DNA of 64,000 nucleotides, taken from assembly GCF_020745735.1 (NCBI RefSeq), contig NC_083410.1, positions 41,700,117 to 41,764,116 of the forward strand, written 5' to 3'. Position 1 is the first letter of the stretch; every line of letters begins with the position of its first letter. Below are positions 26,376 through 39,976 of the stretch, in pieces. The notes below the pieces were generated by a model. The model was not told where the DNA came from. It saw only the letters and a program-made list of their open reading frames with translations, and searched no databases. The stretch comes from Hemiscyllium ocellatum. Lineage: Eukaryota. Made by a program: the position numbers and the translations under genes.

Positions 26376-27000
26376 TGTTATAGACCAGGCCAGACCCCCT
26401 CAAAACTTTTCAAGAAAGTAGCCCAGACTCTAACTTTGCTAATTGTTTTAAGCAGGTGTAAGGCAGATATTCTAGGAGGGATGCAGTTAGTCAAACCACT
26501 TTGTTTCAAACAGAATTTATGTACAAGATTGCCAAATTAAACATAAACAAAAGAGAACAGAATAACTTAGTCTATCTGAAAACCCAACAGGTTAGCTCAA
26601 TTTAATGATGCTGTTCCAATACATGCTACAATCCCCATAGACACTCATTGGCACAAAAGGTAAAATCAAACACACGGTCTCACAGGAGAGAAGTCAGAGA
26701 GAGGGAGGATCAGCATGGACCTTCCTCTCTTGGGTCCAGTAGCTGCACAATGCCTGACTACTTCCAACCAGAGAAAAGCTGAGCTGGGAGAACTGGCCAC
26801 TCCCCTTTCATTGTACAAGTATTTTTTTTTCCAAACATTCGAAAGTCTTTTTCTTGAGGCAGTATCTGTTAGCTATAACCAAACCGGCCTCAAAACCCTT
26901 TAAGCTTAGACTTTTCGAAGTCTGTGTCTTTTCCGACTTCTCTTGCAGGGAAAAAAAACCAAAAACAACATAACCTTGGTAAAGGAGCATCATCATTACA
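26376..27000. mobile_element. solo LTR
   Basis: TGTTAT...ATTACA termini with a perfect 4-bp TSD TCTT (26372-26375 and 27001-27004); 625 bp. Confidence 0.75.
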
Positions 27001-27186
27001 TCTTACATCCAGATCTTGTAGGTAGTAGCATCACTAAAGTAAATTGTCAGATCTTCATTCCAGCTTTCCCTGGAGCACTTGAGTTTGTTACATGCTAAGT
27101 AATTGAACGATGATAAGGTTTCTTGTCATTCAACTTTTATTGATGAAAAGCGTTAATGCCTCTTTTCAATGTTGTTGTTTTAATAG

Positions 27187-27222
27187 GTTGGCAAGGCGCC
27201 AAAAGACAGACTGTGCAGAAGA
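27187..27222 (+). CDS. RAB3GAP2: RAB3GAP2 36-nt coding exon
   Basis: taatag|GTT..AGA|gtgagt; VGKAPKDRLCRR. Confidence 0.94.
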
Positions 27223-27319
27223 GTGAGTATTTTCAAAAGATTGGGGAATGCATTAATGAATCTTCAGTGGTCTTAGAAACCTTTCCTGCTTTTCTTTGTT
27301 TACTTTGAATTGAAGGTAT

Positions 27320-27612
27320 GGGACAGCCTAGTGGTGTTACCATATATCCAGGTATGTTCTGGAGGCCCAAGTTCAAATCCCATTGTGACAAATGGTGAAA
27401 TTTGAATTCAATACAAATCGTGAATTATGAATCTAATTATGACAATTGTTGATTGTCAGAAATATCCATATGGTTCACTAATGTCCTTTTAGAGAAGGAA
27501 ACTTACTTGGTCTGGCCTAGACATAGCAATGTAATTGATTCTTAACTGCCCTCTGACCAATTAGGAATGAGCAATAAATGCTGGTCTAGCCAGTGATGCC
27601 CTCATCCTGTAC
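27320..27612 (+). mobile_element. tRNA-derived SINE with LINE-derived tail (family not named)
   Basis: gcctagtgg A box, gttcaaatccc B box, tail gcaataaatgctggtctagccagtgatgcc shared with CR1-group 3' ends at 61380 and 52170; relics near 900-990 and 46480-46700. Confidence 0.55.
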
Positions 27613-27872
27613 ATTAGGATAATATAAATCAAGTTTTGGGACCTGAACTTGAATCCAGTCGAGAGAGGTGGAGACTAATTTTTTTTCTTACCTGGAAAGA
27701 GAAGAAAGAGAGATTAACCTGCAGTGTTTCAATCAGCTTCACTGCCCAATAAATTGCACAATTGTACTTCATATCACAGAGACAGAGAGCTGAATCAAAC
27801 AGCCTTTCGACCTCCGTATTTGCAAAATGGTAAAATTAAACTGTTGAAGACATCCAAATAGTCACTTCAGTA

Positions 27873-28656
27873 GTTCCGAACCAGACTTCATGAATAATTA
27901 ATCTCGACACCAGTTTTAAGACTTAAAAAATTTATTAAATAAAATCTAACATTATTATTGAGTAAATTAGACAGCAACGCAAATGGATGAACATCTATGC
28001 TTTAAACCCGAAACATTTTGTTTTCAGCCCCATTCACACAAAAACATGAAGATAAACAACCATTAAAGGGATAAGTAAACAAAATAACAAATCTGGCCAG
28101 AATGCATTGGACTCCTTGGCTGTTTTTGCTAAAATGTTGTTCAGGGTCACTTTCTCAGTTCACCCAAGTGAAGTCATTGATACTTCTAACTCCGCTTTCT
28201 ACCCATTGACCTTCTAGGAACTAATGTATCAGATGAGGCAGGGAGCTTTTAAATCCTCATGTTGTTGAAGCAGCATTCCAAAACTATCTCTCAGAAAACA
28301 TCGTCTGCTCTGGTTCCGCTCTGATAGACTGTCCCTGAGGCCTCAATCACATCTGCCACCTGTTTGAATACGAGGTCTCCTTCAGACTTGGTGGAACCAA
28401 TACGCAGGCCAGTCAATGGCCAACTTCTGAATCTCTTTAAATACTGTGCAGTTCCTGATAGTCAGTTTGTCTTTTAGACCCTTTTAATCAAGACCTAGCT
28501 TGCAATTAGCCTGCAGGCCTGGCCTCTCAAATAAACAAAGCTTGTCTTCATATGTACTTTTTAATCAAAGCTGTACCAAAGTCAGTCAGTCATTTTCAAC
28601 TCATTTGATTTCAAAAAAAAAGTAGAAATCATGAAAAAATGGCAAGGGTTCTAACA
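27873..28656. mobile_element. possible degenerate solo LTR
   Basis: (t)GTTCCGAACC...GGTTCTAACA imperfect termini with AGTA on both sides; the first T is missing. Confidence 0.4.
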
Positions 28657-28959
28657 AGTAGTATATAGAAAGCTTTATTTAAAAAATTGATAACTTTTAA
28701 ATCTAATTTTGATGCTGAAGTCTTTGATTCAGCTCAAATAAATGTATAACTTAACCCAATGGATTTCTGCCTTTATTTAATATTGAAGTCACATGTGCTG
28801 TTGGATAAAACTGTACTGGGTTCCTATGAGAGATGAATGTTCTGCCAAGACTTGCAGATAAATTCGGAAGTGGAGTTTGCAAGCTGTGGCCTTAGCCTTG
28901 CACCTTGTGAAGCTCTGCATTCAGCCAACTGAGTGAGTGTTAAAAAAAAAAATCAAAAC

Positions 28960-30110
28960 CAGACAGTCAACATGGCTTTAAGGGCAGATCATGTCTGACA
29001 AGCTTAGTTCGGTTTTTCGATGAGGTGATATAGGCAGTGGATGACGGTAGTGCTGTGGATGTTGTATATTTGGATCTATAGTGTCATATGACAGGCTGGT
29101 TAGTAAATTAAAAATATTTGAGATTGAGTCCTTTGCAACATGGATTAGAAGTTGGCTAATAGAAGACAGGGAGCTTTTGTAGATGGGCATTTCTCAGACT
29201 GGAGAAAAGTTGAAACTAGGGATCGTCGTTGGAGCCCTTGGCTCTTATAATTTATAAAAGAACAATTTGGGAGCAAAGTCTCTGAATATGTAGATGATAA
29301 CCAAGCTTGGGAGAATAGTGAATTGTGAGGATGACTCTGGGTGACTTCAGAGAGAAATTGATGAGTTGGCCAAATGGGCAGATACCTGGCAGATGAATTT
29401 CAATGCAAAGAAATGTAAGGTAATGCATTTTAGTAGAAGAAACTTGAAGACAATATAGGCCAAGTGGTGCAACGTTTGAGGGGAGTACAGAAGCAGAGGG
29501 ACTTTGGGGTTCATGTGCATAGTTCTCAGAAAGGTGAAAGTTATTAAGAAGGCTTATATGATCCTTGCGTTTATAAATAAGGCATAGAGTATAAAAGTGT
29601 AGAAGTGATGCTACACCTCTACAAACCTTATTTAAGGAAGATTGTTAAAAGCCCTCATGAAAGTAAATCTCCTTTGCACTAAAATGATACCAAGAGTGAG
29701 GGATTTTAGACACATGGAAAGATTAGAGCAATTGGACCTATTCTGCTTACAGCAGAAGTGTTGACCTTGTTGAAGTGTTCAAAATATAGCGATTTTGACA
29801 GGGTGAAGAAGGTTATTCAGTTTCTCCTAGTTGCTATGTTAGTAAATAGGGGTCACAATTTCAAGACGGTCAGCAAAAGAGGTCTGATTGAGATGAGGAG
29901 AAACATCTTTACTGAAAGTTATTGGGATTTGGAATGTTCTGCCAATTCTAAAAGCAGTTTTTAAAAGAGGCTGGATATATGCTTGAAAATGATGAATTTA
30001 GAGTGCAGTGCAGATAGAGCTGGATAATGGGACTATACCTGGGTAGCTCTTTGGAGAGGTGGTACAGACATGATGGGTTGAATGGCCTCCTGTACTGTAA
30101 AATCCTATTA
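28960..30110 (+). mobile_element. CR1 LINE RT fragment
   Basis: decayed WQMNFNAKKCKVMHF, QRDFGV and 3' UTR. Confidence 0.75.
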
Positions 30111-30280
30111 CCATGAGCTTGGAATCAGATCACCTGGCCACTCATTCAGCATGGACTTGCGTTTGGGACATTGGGATTGTATGAGGTGAAACATGCCATG
30201 AAAATTCTTAAAACAAATGGAAATGCTGATTTGATTTTTAAGTGTCCGATTGTAAAGTTTGATTTTTCTTTTCTGAACAG

Positions 30281-30355
30281 GATGTTGGCATGAGTGATAC
30301 CTCCATCACTTCTTTCCTTGGTTCTTGTTCATTGCTCCTTCAAACCTTAATGGAG
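30281..30355 (+). CDS. RAB3GAP2: RAB3GAP2 coding exon
   Basis: gaacag|GAT..GAG|gtaaa; DVGMSDTSITSFLGSCSLLLQTLME. Confidence 0.95.
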
Positions 30356-32074
30356 GTAAAGAAATAGCATTACATTTTAAGAGTTATCATGTTTGGATTA
30401 ATTTTTACAGATTGTAGAACTGGTCATAGTTAGAATGTTGTTTCTACCTTTTGGGATTTGTATTTCAATCTATATAGCCAATGGGATGGAAATTCCTTCA
30501 ATTTAGAAGCTGTTGAGATTTTTTTGTATTTGGTCTTGAACAGCCCACCAAATTATTGGTGTGTTTGAGACCAGATAATGGGCCATTATTAACCTGAGTA
30601 TCCCGAACTTCAACAGGCTGCTGCTGGCAACAATAGGAATTTTAACTGGAATTAAGTAATTGCATGAGTGGGATTTTTAAACTCATTGCTATCTCTTTGA
30701 AACCAGGAGTGTTTAATACAGAAGTTGAATGCTAGAGGAAAGGATTAGTTCCCAAGCATAGACGTCTGGTCTCCACAGCAATGGCCATAAACATATATAT
30801 TGTGAAACATTAGAAATGGATTTTCTAGGGTCATGAGATTGGCTTTAGCATGTGAAAAATGTGAATATTCCAGTCTTGTCTTCATATTATTAAAGACGTG
30901 CTTTGACAACCTTGGCAATAGAGTGTGGTAAGTTGTTTTGAAATTAGTCCTAAATTTATATTGTGTACTGTGTAGGTGGAGATGGAAATGAGTGTTTATT
31001 TGGGTTTGCAGTGACATTGGAATTCTGCCCTACGATGTTGGAGGTATTAGAATATTTTTAAGGTGGAGGCTGGTAGATACATAAAACCATAGAAAATAGG
31101 AGCAGAAACAGACTGTTCAGCCCTTTATGCCCACTCCACTATTCAACATCATTGTGGCTGTTCTGGAGGCCTCGGTGAGAGAAAACATACCCCTCTGTCA
31201 GAATGTTATATGTAACATTTGAGAACTTCTTTTATTCATCTAAACTCCAGTGAATACAGGCTCAGTTGACTCAATCTCTCCCCATGTAACAAACCTGCTA
31301 TCCCAGGAATCAAATTGGTGAAGTTTCACTGCACTCCTCCTATGGCAAGTATCTCGTTGATTCCCTTACCTAATCGTTACTTGGGATTGGTGGGACTGTG
31401 GAACACATAATCTTATTGTAAACTGTAATCTTATTGAATGGTGGAGTAGGCTTTAAGAACTGAATGGTTAACTTCTAACTCTCATGTTCCTATGTATCAT
31501 ATGCTCCAAATAAATTTTTATGAGCAAGGTTGACATTTTAAAACATATAAGCATTCTTATGCCATTTTGTGATAAACAATAATAAACCTTCATGATGCAT
31601 TGTTTACAAAGGGTAAAAAGTATATGTGTAAAATAGCATTTTGTCATATTGTTGTAAAAGACCATGTGAAAACAAAAATTACTGCATTTACAAGTAGAAA
31701 ATGTAACGTGGTGATTAATTTAATTAAGGCTCTTAAAATTATGAAACTAGATAAGTTGAAGAAAAGCCTTTTATCAAAGGAATTTAAAATTTTTGTTTTT
31801 GGGCATGTTTGCAAACAGTTGTAGCAAAAGCATAGATGCCTTTCAAGGAAGCTGGTTAAACACCAGAGGAGAAAGGTAAAAAGGTAGAAAGATTTTGATA
31901 CAGAGAATAGAGAGAGATTCAAAAGAGGCATTAATAGCAGCATGGATCAGTTTGTTTTTGCTGGATATTGTGTAATTAATTGGAAATATGCTGGTTTAAT
32001 TGTTTTGTTTATATATTGTTGCAAAGTTTTATGTGATACTAATTTGCCCTTTTTAATATGATCTATGTTATTAG

Positions 32075-32293
32075 GCTGAAGTTAGCAGTGATGAAATGAA
32101 GGAACCATCTCTCGACATAGAAGATACTTGGTCATCTGTGGAAGGCCCAACATCAATAGTGGATCTGGCTCTAGAACAAAGACATGTTCATTACCCATTG
32201 GTTCAGCACCACTATATTTTGGCTGTTATTATGCATGGAATAATGCTGTTTGGAATGAAGTCTGTCAAAATATTTAGTCTCTTTGACAGTAAG
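32075..32293 (+). CDS. RAB3GAP2: RAB3GAP2 coding exon
   Basis: tattag|GCT..AAG|gtattg; [31 protein letters not shown]...SLFDSK. Confidence 0.96.
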
Positions 32294-32647
32294 GTATTGT
32301 CCTATTTCTTGTCTAATGTTTTGCAGGCATTTAAAAGTTCTAAGTCCGTTGCTTTACATGTGTTTAACGATTACTTGGTATTTACTTTTCTTAAGATGTA
32401 AATCTGAAGACTTATTAATTTGTCCACACAGCACTCATTATGCTTTATTTCCTTCCATGTTCTGTATGTGTATTATTACATATTACTGTTATCTAACCAT
32501 TCAGTACTGTTTTGAAATGGAAGTGAAGTTGCTTCAAAGGATAAATTAATGAATGAATTTTAAGAATTTTTGCCATTCATAATTGGAAGTTAAAATTGTT
32601 GTCCTGAACAAGTAATGTCTCATTTTATGCTGCATCTGTACTTCCAG

Positions 32648-32737
32648 GGTAAAAATGCATTTTTCAAGGAGCTAACATCAATTCAGCTGCTGCCAAGTGG
32701 AGATATGGATCCTAATATAGTGTCTCTCAGACAGCAG
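32648..32737 (+). CDS. RAB3GAP2: RAB3GAP2 coding exon
   Basis: ttccag|GGT..CAG|gtaagc; [30 protein letters not shown]. Confidence 0.96.
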
Positions 32738-33216
32738 GTAAGCAAATCATTTACTAAATTATGGCTCTAAGACTGTCATTTTGAATTATTTGCTTCATTA
32801 AATACACTAACAAAGCAAATGTTTTGTATGAAAATTTAAATTCTGTACTTAGTAACAAAGGTGCAGTTTTGAGTTTTCAGTGATTGCAAACTATATCAAC
32901 CATAAGGTTTTAAAAACTTTGTTTCAATTTATAATTGCTTCGAAACTGATTAATTTCTAGCATCTGAGTTCAACTTCAGTCATATTATATGAAGTTGGTT
33001 GGAGTACCTACATCTACAGCACAAAAACTATCATTAATGTGGTACTAATTTGGTCATGTTATGCTGATAGGTCACTGAACATGTAAAGTGTTCCAGAACT
33101 GGAGCCATTCACAAATATACAACATCAGGAAAAACAAAGGACCAATGTGTTTGTAGCATTTTGTCTTATTTCCTGATACTTTCTAGTGCAATAACTTATC
33201 GATTGTTGTCTTCCAG

Positions 33217-33432
33217 TTCCTCATGAAATTAGTCAGTGCTTCAGTGAAAGAACTAGTCAAACCTGCAAAGACTGAATGTACTTCTAAACAGCAATCACAT
33301 AGAGAACAAAACGAAGACTGGCCGTCAGTGGCAGTGGAGCTGTCTCAGAACCTCCAAGTAAATGAGGATGTTATCCGCCGACATTATGTATGTGAGCTGT
33401 ATAATCATGGAATTGACCATATTGGTGAAGAG
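33217..33432 (+). CDS. RAB3GAP2: RAB3GAP2 coding exon
   Basis: ttccag|TTC..GAG|gtaaca; FLMKLVSASV...DWPSVAVELSQNLQVNEDVIRRHYVCELYNHGIDHIGEE. Confidence 0.96.
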
Positions 33433-34645
33433 GTAACACACACATCTATAATTAATTATATAGTTTAAATAAATGACTTAAAGTAATGGAGTAGCCAAGT
33501 CATTTCCTTGGTTGTACTTTTCCACAAACTAGGAAGACTGGATGGATCATTTATTGCAACTAATAAATAAGAAACTAATGATTTTATTTTGTGCCTTTCA
33601 TATTCTAAAGACATCCCAAATTGTTTTGCAGCTAGTGAACTGTTTTTGAACTGTAGTCTGTTATTTAGGCAAATAATATCTTTTTACACAGCAAGGTCTA
33701 CAAATACTAATGAGACAGTAGCCAAACTGATGATCAACATAATTGAGAATGAAACCTATGGAATAATAGTGGATCTGATTCAGTGGCAGTTTTAATTACC
33801 TGCTTAAGGTCACCAACACATCAGGTCCTTGTGTTTATATTTTGCCCTTCAAATCCACCTACGTGTCATTAAATATTTTGACTATTGAATTACTTTTGAA
33901 CTATAGTCACCATTATGGAAGCAAAGATGGCAGACAAATTATACATAGGAAACTTCTACAAATAGAAAAAAGGGAGAGGATCTCTCTTTGGAAATGGTGA
34001 TTGAGGGATATATGTAGATCACAATCCTTTTGATCTACAGAAAGTACGGTGAAATCGTTAAATTCTGTGCTATAAAACTTGCAACTCAACTCTGCTCTTG
34101 CTAACAGGACCATTTGTCATGTATGAATAATGTCGTATGATCTGTTGAAGGTTGGATCCTACTCTGTATTCTGTACTCTTGACTCAGAATGCTACTTTCA
34201 ACAATGCCTACGATTCAAAAGTACTTCCAGCTCTAAAACCTGACGTTGCAAATACAAATTTGGTCTGCCTTTGTCTTTTTTCACATTCTGACCCAGTCTT
34301 CCAATTATTGGCACTGTTGAAGTGGCATCTCCTACAATAGCCAGCACCCATTACATGTGATAGTGGGACTAAGGAATAAATGGCTAGTTTGTATGGGCAT
34401 TACTTTTATAGTTGATTGTATATGGAGAACTTGGAAATGTAGTTCTAAAGCCCTCTCTACAGAGAGCCTTTAAGTGTTAAACATTTCAAACTTACTTATA
34501 AAGCTGTGCAATGGAAATAATTTAAGTTTGTTTGGTGTATGCTATCTTTTCTAATGAATGCTATCCATGTAGTAGTGGAATAATTTGGGACATTTGTTGG
34601 ACTAATATTGACTGTTAAACAGGATTTCAGTCTGAATCTTTATAA

Positions 34646-34909
<264 letters not shown>

Positions 34910-36781
34910 TGATTAGGGAACAAAAATGATTTGACTTTAAGAAAAACTTTGAAATCATTAACTTTCTCTAAACTTTAATTTGGCAGAACATAGAAATTAA
35001 TTATCTGGTTCTGTGTGTTACCTGGTTCTATGCATTATACAAAGTAGCATTTAACATGTTGACTGTTGCTTTGAGGATAATTCCATAGTAAATACAGTAA
35101 TGAGAAAAGCACCAGTACATCAAGTAGCTGTAGTCTTATTGCTGAATACTTCTAAAAAAAAATCATCTTTTAAAACTTAGTGTCTGTTTGCTTTAAGAAA
35201 ATCTAATGGAAAACCATGAACTTGGGAACTTTGATGTTTTCACTTCATGTCTTCTGAAAAAGTTTATAACAGTCACTTGTCACCCGTAGATCCATTGGAC
35301 TTCTGAATAATCCTTTCAGACTAAACGTTAACTCTTAATGACTCCACAGATGCTGTTCAGTTTCTTCAGGAGTTTGTTTAATTCTGAATATCTGCATCCG
35401 CAGCTTTTATAAGAACTGAATGTTGACTTCACATTTTTCAATGATTAAGTGTATGAACTACTTGCCTGTGACAGATAAGGTACCATTAATGTGAATCAAA
35501 CATACCAGATTTAACTTGTAACAGATTTGTACATAAATTGGTGAAAAGGGAGGTTTAAAGGCTGATTACTATTCAGCTGACTATTTGAGTTAACTCAGGA
35601 GATAAAAGGCAGGAAAACAATTATGCATTACTTTCCTAAATTTTTGTTTGCTCAAATAAGAAATGTTGACTTGTGGGAAGGATTAAGCCATGAGTCACAG
35701 ACCTGACTCGTCAGCTTGTCTGGTTGCATTTACATACCCTGGTGTTATTGCAAAATTGCCTGGCTCAGGTACCTTAGCAACTGTGCATAGGGATTATAAT
35801 TGATGAAGCAGATGCTATGTACGCTTCCTTTGTGTTCAACAGTATTTTAGCTCTCAAACATGTACCATGACCTCAGAACCAGTGCAAAAATACCAATAAA
35901 ATACATACGTCCAATGTGTTTCTTGCGCTGAATTTGCTGCTTTTTTGTGCTAAATGGAATGTCAGGAAGCAAAGCACAAACGAAAGCCATTCAGCCCATC
36001 AAGTCCATGTCAGCTGTACAGAGCAATCTAGTTAGGTGCTTCCCAACTCTTTACCCCCATAACCCCAATACCAAGACTTGAAAATTGTTGTAATCAGTCA
36101 TTGTGAACTGAGAGTACAGTGACCTGTTGACCAGCATCCTAATCACCAGTCTAGTTAGATAGATTTATCTTTCTTCAGGACGAATTGTTTTTTTGAGGTT
36201 TCAGCCTACATTTGAGTGTTAATTTCTGAGGTGATGGGAGGCGACAGATGGCAGGCCAAGACAATGAGTAAGCAAGCACTAAATCATGTTCAACATTAGG
36301 GTGAGAGGGGTAAAATTTAAAAGGGACCAAAGAGGCAACTTTTTCATGCCGAGGGTAGTGCTTGTGTGGAACAAGCTGCCAGAGGAAGTGGTGGAGGCTG
36401 GTACAATTACAACATTTAAAAGACATCTAGATGGGTATATGAATAGGAAGTGTTTAGAGGCAAATTGGACTAGATTACGTGAGGAGATCTGGTCAGCATA
36501 GTCTGTTCCCATGCTGTAATCTGACTCTATTAAAGCCAACCAATTTATAATGTAGAGATGGCATAATCAATAGTTTATCTGATCAAATCACCCTTTGCTA
36601 ACACTTTACACATCTTCTCATCCACTGAATAATCAGAATACTGTTTGATTACTGTCTGCTATCCAAGGTGTCACTATGAAAGTCCATTTTGAAGAGCTTA
36701 AATTTCAAAGATTTGAGGTTCTCATTGTGTAATCTTTGCTTTGTATTGTACATTGTGATTTCTTGCTTTTACTATTTATAG

Positions 36782-36931
36782 GATCCTCATGATCTTCAGA
36801 ACACAGATGTGCCAATTATAGCAACAGCTAAACTGGTGAACAAACTGATAGAACTCTTACCTGAAAACCATGGGCAGTACAGCCTGGTGCTGCACCTGTT
36901 AGAAGCAGTTGAAGCCATATCCTCCTTGTGA
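36782..36931 (+). CDS. RAB3GAP2: RAB3GAP2 last coding exon (Rab3 GTPase-activating protein non-catalytic subunit), to the TGA stop
   Basis: ttatag|GAT; [49 protein letters not shown]. Confidence 0.96.
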   Translation, partial: DPHDLQNTDVPIIATAKLVNKLIELLPENHGQYSLVLHLLEAVEAISSL

Positions 36932-37659
36932 CAAGAATTGACCAATCTTTATTTAAATAGGTCTTCAGATATGACCAGCTGTGAAAAGCTTGGATCGTTT
37001 TGATGTAAATGAGCCATTTATGTTTCAATTAATCATGTTCTTGAATACTTATTGTTATAGGTGGGTACTGAAAGTTCTGTTAGACTCTTCAATTTCTGTT
37101 CTATTATGTGAGATATCCTAATGCCCAAATAGTTTGCATGGCCATAGTTACATACAGCTGAAGCAAAGCTCACTCGTATCATTTTATTGCTAGAAGATGG
37201 CATCAGTCTCAAAATAAACCATATTATGTTGCTGTAGCTATGCACATTAAATGTTAGCTCAAGCAAGTCTGTTCTCAAGGTATTATGTAGTGAACGAGGT
37301 TGCATTGTATGGTCCATACATCTATAATTTCTAATCCCATTGTTGGAATGTCTGAAAAAATGGGAGGAATTTTGCAACTTGTTTTCCCAGCAGTAAACAA
37401 CCCAAACATTCTACTAAGAATATTGATAATGTCTATTTAAAAAAAGCCTTATATCGCAACCCTATTACACACAAAGGAAAATTTGAGTTTATTTTGTTAA
37501 TATAAAGACAAAAGTTTTTATTTCCTCAATTTTTTTTGGATTTGTATAAGTAACAAAATGAACAGTGATCAGACAGCACTAATGTGTGTACAGATACATT
37601 TCCACACTTATCAGTGGACAAAAACCAATTGTAATATTGTAAATTATTGATCATAACTA

Positions 37660-37665
37660 AATAAA
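37660..37665 (+). terminator. candidate RAB3GAP2 polyadenylation signal
   Basis: AATAAA about 730 nt after the stop, followed by a T/GT-rich tract (gacttgctttttgt); another AATAAA lies at 37213-37218. Confidence 0.5.
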
Positions 37666-39314
37666 AACTTCAATCCCTGCTGACTTGCTTTTTGTATAAA
37701 TAATTGGAGTGCATTGCTTGAATATGACAGATAAAATACTTAATGGGAACTGTATGTTGATTTATTTAAACCAAACATTACAGTGAAACTGAGAATTAAC
37801 TGAAATACAGAAAATTAAAGTGAATGAAAGAAAATTGTAGCATTGAGATGGAGCACCTACTTTGCAGTTAGTTTGTAGAAGTGCATTTAACTCATAGTAT
37901 CCAATTGACCTATTGAAAAAAAGCTTGTTAAAAGTAATTGGAATAATCTGATCAGATTGAGTATCAAGATTCAGTAGTACCTCATATGCTGTTGCAGTAG
38001 TGTTCTGCTTTATATTATCCGAAAAGGGATGTTGAAGACTGAAGGAGTGTCCAGCAGACTGTTCTAGTGTTCTACCCTGTTGCAGAAACAGCTTCGTATG
38101 GCACTTGAACAAGGGTAAGCACAATACCAGTGGACTGTAACAGCCCCTTGTAGCTGAGGCTATCGTGGAAGCTAGAATTGGCAGCTAGCCCTACACCATG
38201 CTATTTAGTTTGACAGGATGCAGCTTTTTTAAAATTTCTAGTGGGATTTGGAAATAATTACCCTCACAATGTGGTAACTTTCAGGATGCATTGTTTTATT
38301 AGCTGTAAGTTTCAAGGCTATGGTTTTGAAAGCACAGAAAAGAAGCACCCTTTCATTTTCTCCATTAATCTGCACACTGCCAAAAACTGGAATGGCCTAA
38401 TTTCCAATTAAAAAATAAATCATTTCTAGTTCTTTGAAAATAGAAGCTCCACCATGCCCGAGCACTAATATTTGGTAACACAAGGATATTTTAATTACTT
38501 GATGACTTAGCAGTCAAGTAGAAAATCGAATTTTAAATGCCCTTGGTTATTGCACTAAGGCTAAAACTGTCCGTTTCTTTGTGATGGTTAAAAGAAGTGG
38601 CAATGGTTAAGATCGAGAGGATGGATAGGATGCTTAATGCTGCGTTTAAATTGGGTAGATTTCCCCCAAGAGTTGTTTCATAAATAGACTAAATATAGAT
38701 TTAGACCAAGTGAAATTAACAGTTGAACCAGAGGGCAGTACCTACAATAAATTCAAACCTGATCCACAAAAATCAGGTGACAAATCTATGGAACAGACTC
38801 TTGGGACTGCAGATGTAGGTGATGTTGGTTAAAATGAAGCAGTTCAGGAGTCAGTAAATCAATGGGACTTCACACATAAGTAATGTATACCAGTGTGATA
38901 TCTTTGAAAGTAGTGCCCCAAAGCAATTTCACATCTGTTGCTAATAGCATTTGCCAGGATTAGTCAAAAACTTATTATTGTCTTATGCCATTACCAGGGT
39001 CAAGGAAGGCACACTAAAGTTTTTTTTGTCCGACTTGTTATTTTATAAGAGTCTGTTTGGAAACTAACATCTGTATAATTTATTTGGAATGCATTCTGAC
39101 TATTTACATACAATGGGTCCAAGGAGCACACTGCTTGCATATAGAACTGAAGTAGCCAAAAGCTGGCAGGGGTTAATCCAATCCATCAGACTCATAACAC
39201 ATTAAATATTTAGCAAACAATATTTAATTTTCCTACTCTGCTATTGCCATTTAAAGTTCACTTTGTACGTTCTTTGAAAGATAAAGGCCTTTCTATATAT
39301 AAATCCAGTAAACC

Positions 39315-39320
39315 TTTATT
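39315..39320 (-). terminator. candidate IARS2 polyadenylation signal
   Basis: AATAAA on the - strand about 500 nt past the IARS2 stop; an alternative lies at 39079-39084. Confidence 0.45.
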
Positions 39321-39824
39321 ACACAGTCCACAATTCCTTTTAAATCTGCATTACAACAAGCAACATAACCATTCATTAGATCCCCAATAGATTTGTATTA
39401 CCTGGAATTTTTGTGAACATTGTTTAAGAAACAATTTAGATTTGACATGATTGCCATAATGCAAACAAATTCTCCCAAATTGTATAAACTATTTAAAAAA
39501 GCAAATATCAAAACATACCCTTTCTAATACTAGAGTAGGGAAAACTGGAAATTAATAATTATTATTCCCTCTGTAAAACTATCGTCAAAATTTAATTCCA
39601 GAAACACCTGATATGTCATATCCATTTGTGCAGAATCATCTTACCCTCTGATCTCCAACTGGGGTTGGTAATTTTGACAAAGCCCTGCCAAAATTTAACA
39701 AGACCTCAAAGGTGGGAATGTGATGATGAAATATCTAGTTCCCCATGGTGGAATCTACTTTTATGTTGCATATTCATTCATACATCTCTATTATATTCAG
39801 TGCTTACAGGAATAACTTGACAAA

Positions 39825-39976
39825 TTAAACACTCCACTTCCCAGCAATAATGTCCAGGCAACGTGGGCAGGGTGTCAGCGCTGATGTTGATGTATATTTC
39901 TTACAGCGAGGACATCTTTCTTTGGTAGCCGAATGAACAATTACTTTGTATGATGTTTCCTCAATGATATCACCAC
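39825..39976 (-). CDS. IARS2: IARS2 last coding exon (mitochondrial isoleucyl-tRNA synthetase, C-terminal Zn finger)
   Basis: tgtttag|GT; [49 protein letters not shown]; two CxxC pairs. Confidence 0.95.

Noticed and set aside
38127-38146. CCAGTGGAC-TGTAACAGC resembles pieces of miR-194 (the miR-194/215 cluster is expected at this locus)
   Set aside because: Only 9 nt match the mature sequence, the arms are in the wrong order and there is no hairpin. No miR-194 or miR-215/192 mature sequence was seen; the cluster is expected in a more 5' IARS2 intron beyond the window.
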